Shown piece by piece: positions 60,798 through 64,000 of a stretch of 64,000 nucleotides of DNA. The translations under genes and the position numbers were made by a program. The notes beneath the pieces were generated by a model. The model worked only from the letters and a program-made list of their open reading frames with translations. It had not been told where the DNA came from and did no database searches. The stretch lies in contig JAQVBZ010000006.1 of NCBI GenBank assembly GCA_028690055.1, forward strand, positions 392-64,391, written 5' to 3'. The DNA comes from Minisyncoccota bacterium. Its GTDB lineage: Bacteria; Patescibacteriota; Minisyncoccia; JAHIHE01; JAGLIN01. Positions within the stretch are counted from its first letter, which is position 1; each line of letters starts with the position of its first letter.

Positions 60798-62027
60798 TCA
60801 ATTTGTTTTTTTTATTTTGTCTCTTCGCAATTTCCGATGATAGCCGATGGCGAACCGATGAGACTCGTCGCGGACTTTTTTGATAAGTTCGACATCGGGA
60901 AATATAAAGCTCTTGGGACCTGAGAAAAAAAGCTTCTCACCTTTTCGGTCCGGACCTTTGGCAATACCCACGATAGGAATTTCCAAACCATGTTTTTTCA
61001 AGACGGTCTTAGCGGCATTGGTCTGTGTGATGCCACCGTCCATCACGATAACATCTGGCAGCTGCCAGTCGTGACCGTTGCCGAATCTCCTCTCCAAAAC
61101 CTCGCGCATCATCGCCGGGTCATCGGATCCCTCGACGGTCTTGATCTTGAATTTACGATATTCATCCTTATCGGACCTGCCGCGGCGAAACACCACCATC
61201 GAACCCACCGCATCCTCGCCGCTGATGTGAGAGATATCATACCCTTCGATACGCTCGAAAGTGCCCGCGTTGTCATCCAGGAGCAAATCCTCTTTACGAA
61301 TAAAAGCTGTGTCGCGGATATGCCTGAGTGCGAAAATCTGGTCGCGCATTGTCGCCGCTTTCTCGTATTCATTTTCCCGAGCCGCAGATTGCATCTCTTT
61401 TTCCAGCTTTTTGATAATTCCTGATTTTTTGCCCTCCAAAAAAGACTTGATATATGAAATGATTTTGGCGTAATCCTTCTGCGAAATATCCCCCGTTTTC
61501 CCCGAGTTGTAACCCTTGATATAATATTGACGATACAAACCGGAAGTTGCGCCGAAATCGCCGCGCCGAGAGAATACTTTTACCAGGAAATCAATAACTT
61601 TCCCTGCATCATATTTGCTAACATAAGGACCGAAGATATATTTGGCCTTTTCTTTTTTCTCGTCCGTCGCACGCACGATAAGCACACGCGGATATTTCTC
61701 ATCAGTAATGATAATATTAACAAAATATTTATCATCTTTGAGCTTGATGTTGTAATAAGGCTTATGAAGATTGATAAGGTTAGCCTCCAGAATAAGCGCC
61801 TCCATCGCACTGTCGGTATCTTTATAATCAATACTCTTTATATCGCCGACTAATTTCTCCGTCTTGGCACTTAAGGCACGATTAAAATACGACCCGACTC
61901 TTTTTCGGAGTGATGTCGCTTTGCCGATGTAGATAATTTCCTCCTCCTCGTTCTTCATGATATACACCCCGGGAGAATCGGGAAATCTCTTGACCACCTC
62001 TTTTATTTTTGCATCATACAGAGTCAT
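60798..62027 (-). CDS. uvrC: Excinuclease ABC subunit C, short form lacking the C-terminal (HhH)2 domain
   Basis: An N-terminal GIY-YIG (PGVYIMKN...IIYIGKATSLRKRVGSYF) is present. A UvrC-type RNase-H-like domain follows (GYDISHISGED ... RDESHRFAIGYHR). The protein ends at 409 aa. Confidence 0.75.
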   Translation of the reverse strand: MTLYDAKIKEVVKRFPDSPGVYIMKNEEEEIIYIGKATSLRKRVGSYFNRALSAKTEKLVGDIKSIDYKDTDSAMEALILEANLINLHKPYYNIKLKDDKYFVNIIITDEKYPRVLIVRATDEKKEKAKYIFGPYVSKYDAGKVIDFLVKVFSRRGDFGATSGLYRQYYIKGYNSGKTGDISQKDYAKIISYIKSFLEGKKSGIIKKLEKEMQSAARENEYEKAATMRDQIFALRHIRDTAFIRKEDLLLDDNAGTFERIEGYDISHISGEDAVGSMVVFRRGRSDKDEYRKFKIKTVEGSDDPAMMREVLERRFGNGHDWQLPDVIVMDGGITQTNAAKTVLKKHGLEIPIVGIAKGPDRKGEKLFFSGPKSFIFPDVELIKKVRDESHRFAIGYHRKLRRDKIKKTN

Positions 62028-62197
62028 ATAAATAAAATCTACGAGATTATACTATTAAACTGAAAAATATGTTTTTCATCTTTCCAACGTTTTGTGCCAT
62101 TCCCTCCTGCGCCGGAATTGTTCAGTTTGAATAATTAAATGACAATTTTAATTAGATAAATGCTTTAGCGGTTAAGAACCGAATATATTATGTCATT

Positions 62198-62334
62198 TCA
62201 AAATGAGGTACTCCGATTGAGAAATCTAGGCAAGATATCGCAACGATAATAAAGTTATCTTTATAAATAACATTCACATCCCTGGTACATTTCCCAGATC
62301 CCTCAGGCGGGTACACCATTCGGGATGACAAATT
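62198..62334. repeat. R1 MITE-like unit (inverted arms)
   Basis: GTCATTTCAAAATGAGGTACTCCGATTGAGAAATCTAGG at 62198 and the inverted TTTCCCAGATCCCTCAGGCGGGTACACCATTCGGGATGAC at 62287-62334. Confidence 0.8.
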
Positions 62335-62646
62335 ATGGGGAGTGTCTGCTTCAATTAATGCTTTGTTGTCAATGAATTATCCAGCCTGTATGGGAATGAC
62401 AGCTATAAAGAGTCAAAAAGTCCATCGCTGGACTTTTTATAAAATTTCAAAACTGAATATTTCCCAAGAAGCAAAACGGGTATTTTACATTTACTGACCC
62501 TCTCCCGATGGGAGAGGGGACGTGCTAAGAATTTCTGTGAATTAACTCTGTGACCGAATACGTATAATACGGGGAATTCTTATCGCAGATTCCTTAAACA
62601 TTGCTTCCGACTTCAAATACTCACTGAGAACCGATTTGTTCCGACA

Positions 62647-62862
62647 TTATAAATCGATTTTCAACTTGGAGTATTTATCTACTTTAATTGCCAAGACCAA
62701 AGAGGTTATACCGGCGATTACAGTCAGCGTGCCGACTAGAATCCCCAAAAGGTCGGGATAAATAATCACTAAAACGCCGACAACGATAGCCAATATTCCT
62801 TCCATGGCGAGTACCCAGACGATGTTCTTCATAAACCGGGAAACGATTTCGATTTGTTGCAT
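62647..62862 (-). CDS. Small 2-TM membrane protein (HdeD/DUF308-like)
   Basis: Two hydrophobic helices are predicted in a 71-aa product. Confidence 0.35.
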   Translation of the reverse strand: MQQIEIVSRFMKNIVWVLAMEGILAIVVGVLVIIYPDLLGILVGTLTVIAGITSLVLAIKVDKYSKLKIDL

Positions 62863-62913
62863 AAGCGAAAATTATCTTATTATTTTTCTATTATAGCACC
62901 TTTCGAAGAAAAA

Positions 62914-63714
62914 TTAAAATTCTATCGAATCCCCCACTTGCAGCCCCAATTCCTGCGCCGCATCCCCCCCCTGGCGGATAATTTCCAAAAATCTTTTATT
63001 GCCGAAACCGGAACTCCCTTCCACGACACCGATTTCTTTATCCGGAAGATCCTTGAGCCTTTCTGAAAATACAAAAGAACGTTTTTCTCCCCTGATAGAA
63101 ACCTGCACCTCTTCGCCATTTTTGAAATCAAAATTCTCTCCCAAAAAAGTAGTTTTCACATTGCCGAAATTGTCGATGAACCATACTCCCTCCGGAACGT
63201 CCTTAATTTCCGACAGGCCAAGTTTTTCCTTAGGCAAGTCATATTTCCGCCAAACCCAATCCGCGGCGCGGGGCAGGAAATTGAAACTGCGGAATTGAGT
63301 GTTAATGATGCGACGCTTATTCTCACCGTCCAGTTCCGTATCGCTGATAAAATTCATCACCTCCTCTATATCTAACACAAAAAATTCCGAGATTAGGTCA
63401 AGCTTATTACAAAGAGACAACACCAATCCGTCAACAGAAGAAACTACTAAAGTTTCACCGTGGCGGAAATAACCGAACGGAGTACCGTTTTTCCATTTTT
63501 TGGCTTCACCGTTACGAGGTGCGACATTCACCAAAACCACCCCTTCGCGGCCATCAAAGGCATCCAGCGCATCAATCAGGAATCCCGCCGCTTCAAGCTC
63601 GGATTTCACCGCGAAACAATTTACTCCCGCATTCGGAAAAAGCGATCCGGCGCGTGAAATCTGCCGCAATTGTGCATTCTCGTCAAAACAATCGTTTATG
63701 ATTGAAATTTGCAT
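62914..63714 (-). CDS. SAM hydroxide adenosyltransferase-like (DUF62, fluorinase/chlorinase fold) protein
   Basis: The 266-aa length and two-domain organisation fit the family, and the N-terminus (ISIINDCFDENAQ...) resembles the DUF62 LTDFG region. The match is weak. Confidence 0.4.
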   Translation of the reverse strand: MQISIINDCFDENAQLRQISRAGSLFPNAGVNCFAVKSELEAAGFLIDALDAFDGREGVVLVNVAPRNGEAKKWKNGTPFGYFRHGETLVVSSVDGLVLSLCNKLDLISEFFVLDIEEVMNFISDTELDGENKRRIINTQFRSFNFLPRAADWVWRKYDLPKEKLGLSEIKDVPEGVWFIDNFGNVKTTFLGENFDFKNGEEVQVSIRGEKRSFVFSERLKDLPDKEIGVVEGSSGFGNKRFLEIIRQGGDAAQELGLQVGDSIEF

Positions 63715-64000
63715 TTTATTATTATAAATTATTTTAACTATAAAAAAACCGGCCGTAAGGACCGTTATATTTCAAAAATAAAACTCCGATCCTTCTTAGA
63801 CGGTAAACATCATCATATCCATCATCATTTTTTCGTAATTTTTTTCCATACAAAATTGGCTTGATAAGCTTTATATCTCCATAATATAAAATATGGGGGA
63901 TGGTGTCAAGAGAAAGTGGCTCTATACTAACAAGTGTGGTGGATAAATCAAAAATAGTGGTAAGCTTAGCTTAAAACAAGAGTTACCCAACTCAAAGCTA

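Overview
This 64-kb window looks like a streamlined, moderately AT-rich bacterial chromosome segment of the kind seen in CPR/Patescibacteria-type genomes. Most genes are short and housekeeping: a sufC-sufBD operon, a glycosyltransferase pair, a porG-porD pair without porA/porB, ADP-forming acetyl-CoA synthetase, a lower-glycolysis set (gap, pgk, eno, gpmI, tpiA) interleaved with other genes, gdhA, trxB/trxA/ferredoxin, cysK, a complete F1Fo ATP synthase operon (atpBEFHAGDC), prmC, a lysine-rich histone-like gene, ribosomal protein L25, a Mur-ligase-family gene, a P-type ATPase, lgt and a short uvrC. Between the genes sit many copies of at least two dispersed repeat families. Family R1 starts GTCATYCYGA and ends GGAWYCYGGGA, usually occurs as inverted pairs forming 130-240-bp MITE-like units, and includes a tandem composite at 1089-1603. 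Family R2 is a 107-bp imperfect palindrome with GGAGTAGC/GCTACTCC termini, present in four copies. I found no rRNA, tRNA or CRISPR array. The most interesting locus is 34.4-41.4 kb. It starts with an 850-bp gene-free stretch. A three-gene minus-strand cluster follows: a protein with a sigma-70 region-4-like HTH plus a HARE-HTH domain, a single-pass membrane protein, and a 745-aa FtsK/HerA/VirD4-superfamily ATPase carrying a CxxC zinc ribbon and a long Pro/Val/Ala/Lys-rich tail. A 770-bp non-coding segment bracketed by an inverted pair of R2 elements closes the locus. It may be a remnant or novel DNA/protein-translocation or defence module. Other candidates are an AT-rich, RBS-less protein with an AbiD-like Rx4H (HEPN) motif inside a repeat-rich pocket, a GIY-YIG gene whose 3' end is replaced by a MITE, an unusual 455-bp repeat-bearing spacer inside the atp operon, and a recurring GGGGCACAATAT(CTTGTGCC) palindromic motif in promoter-proximal positions.
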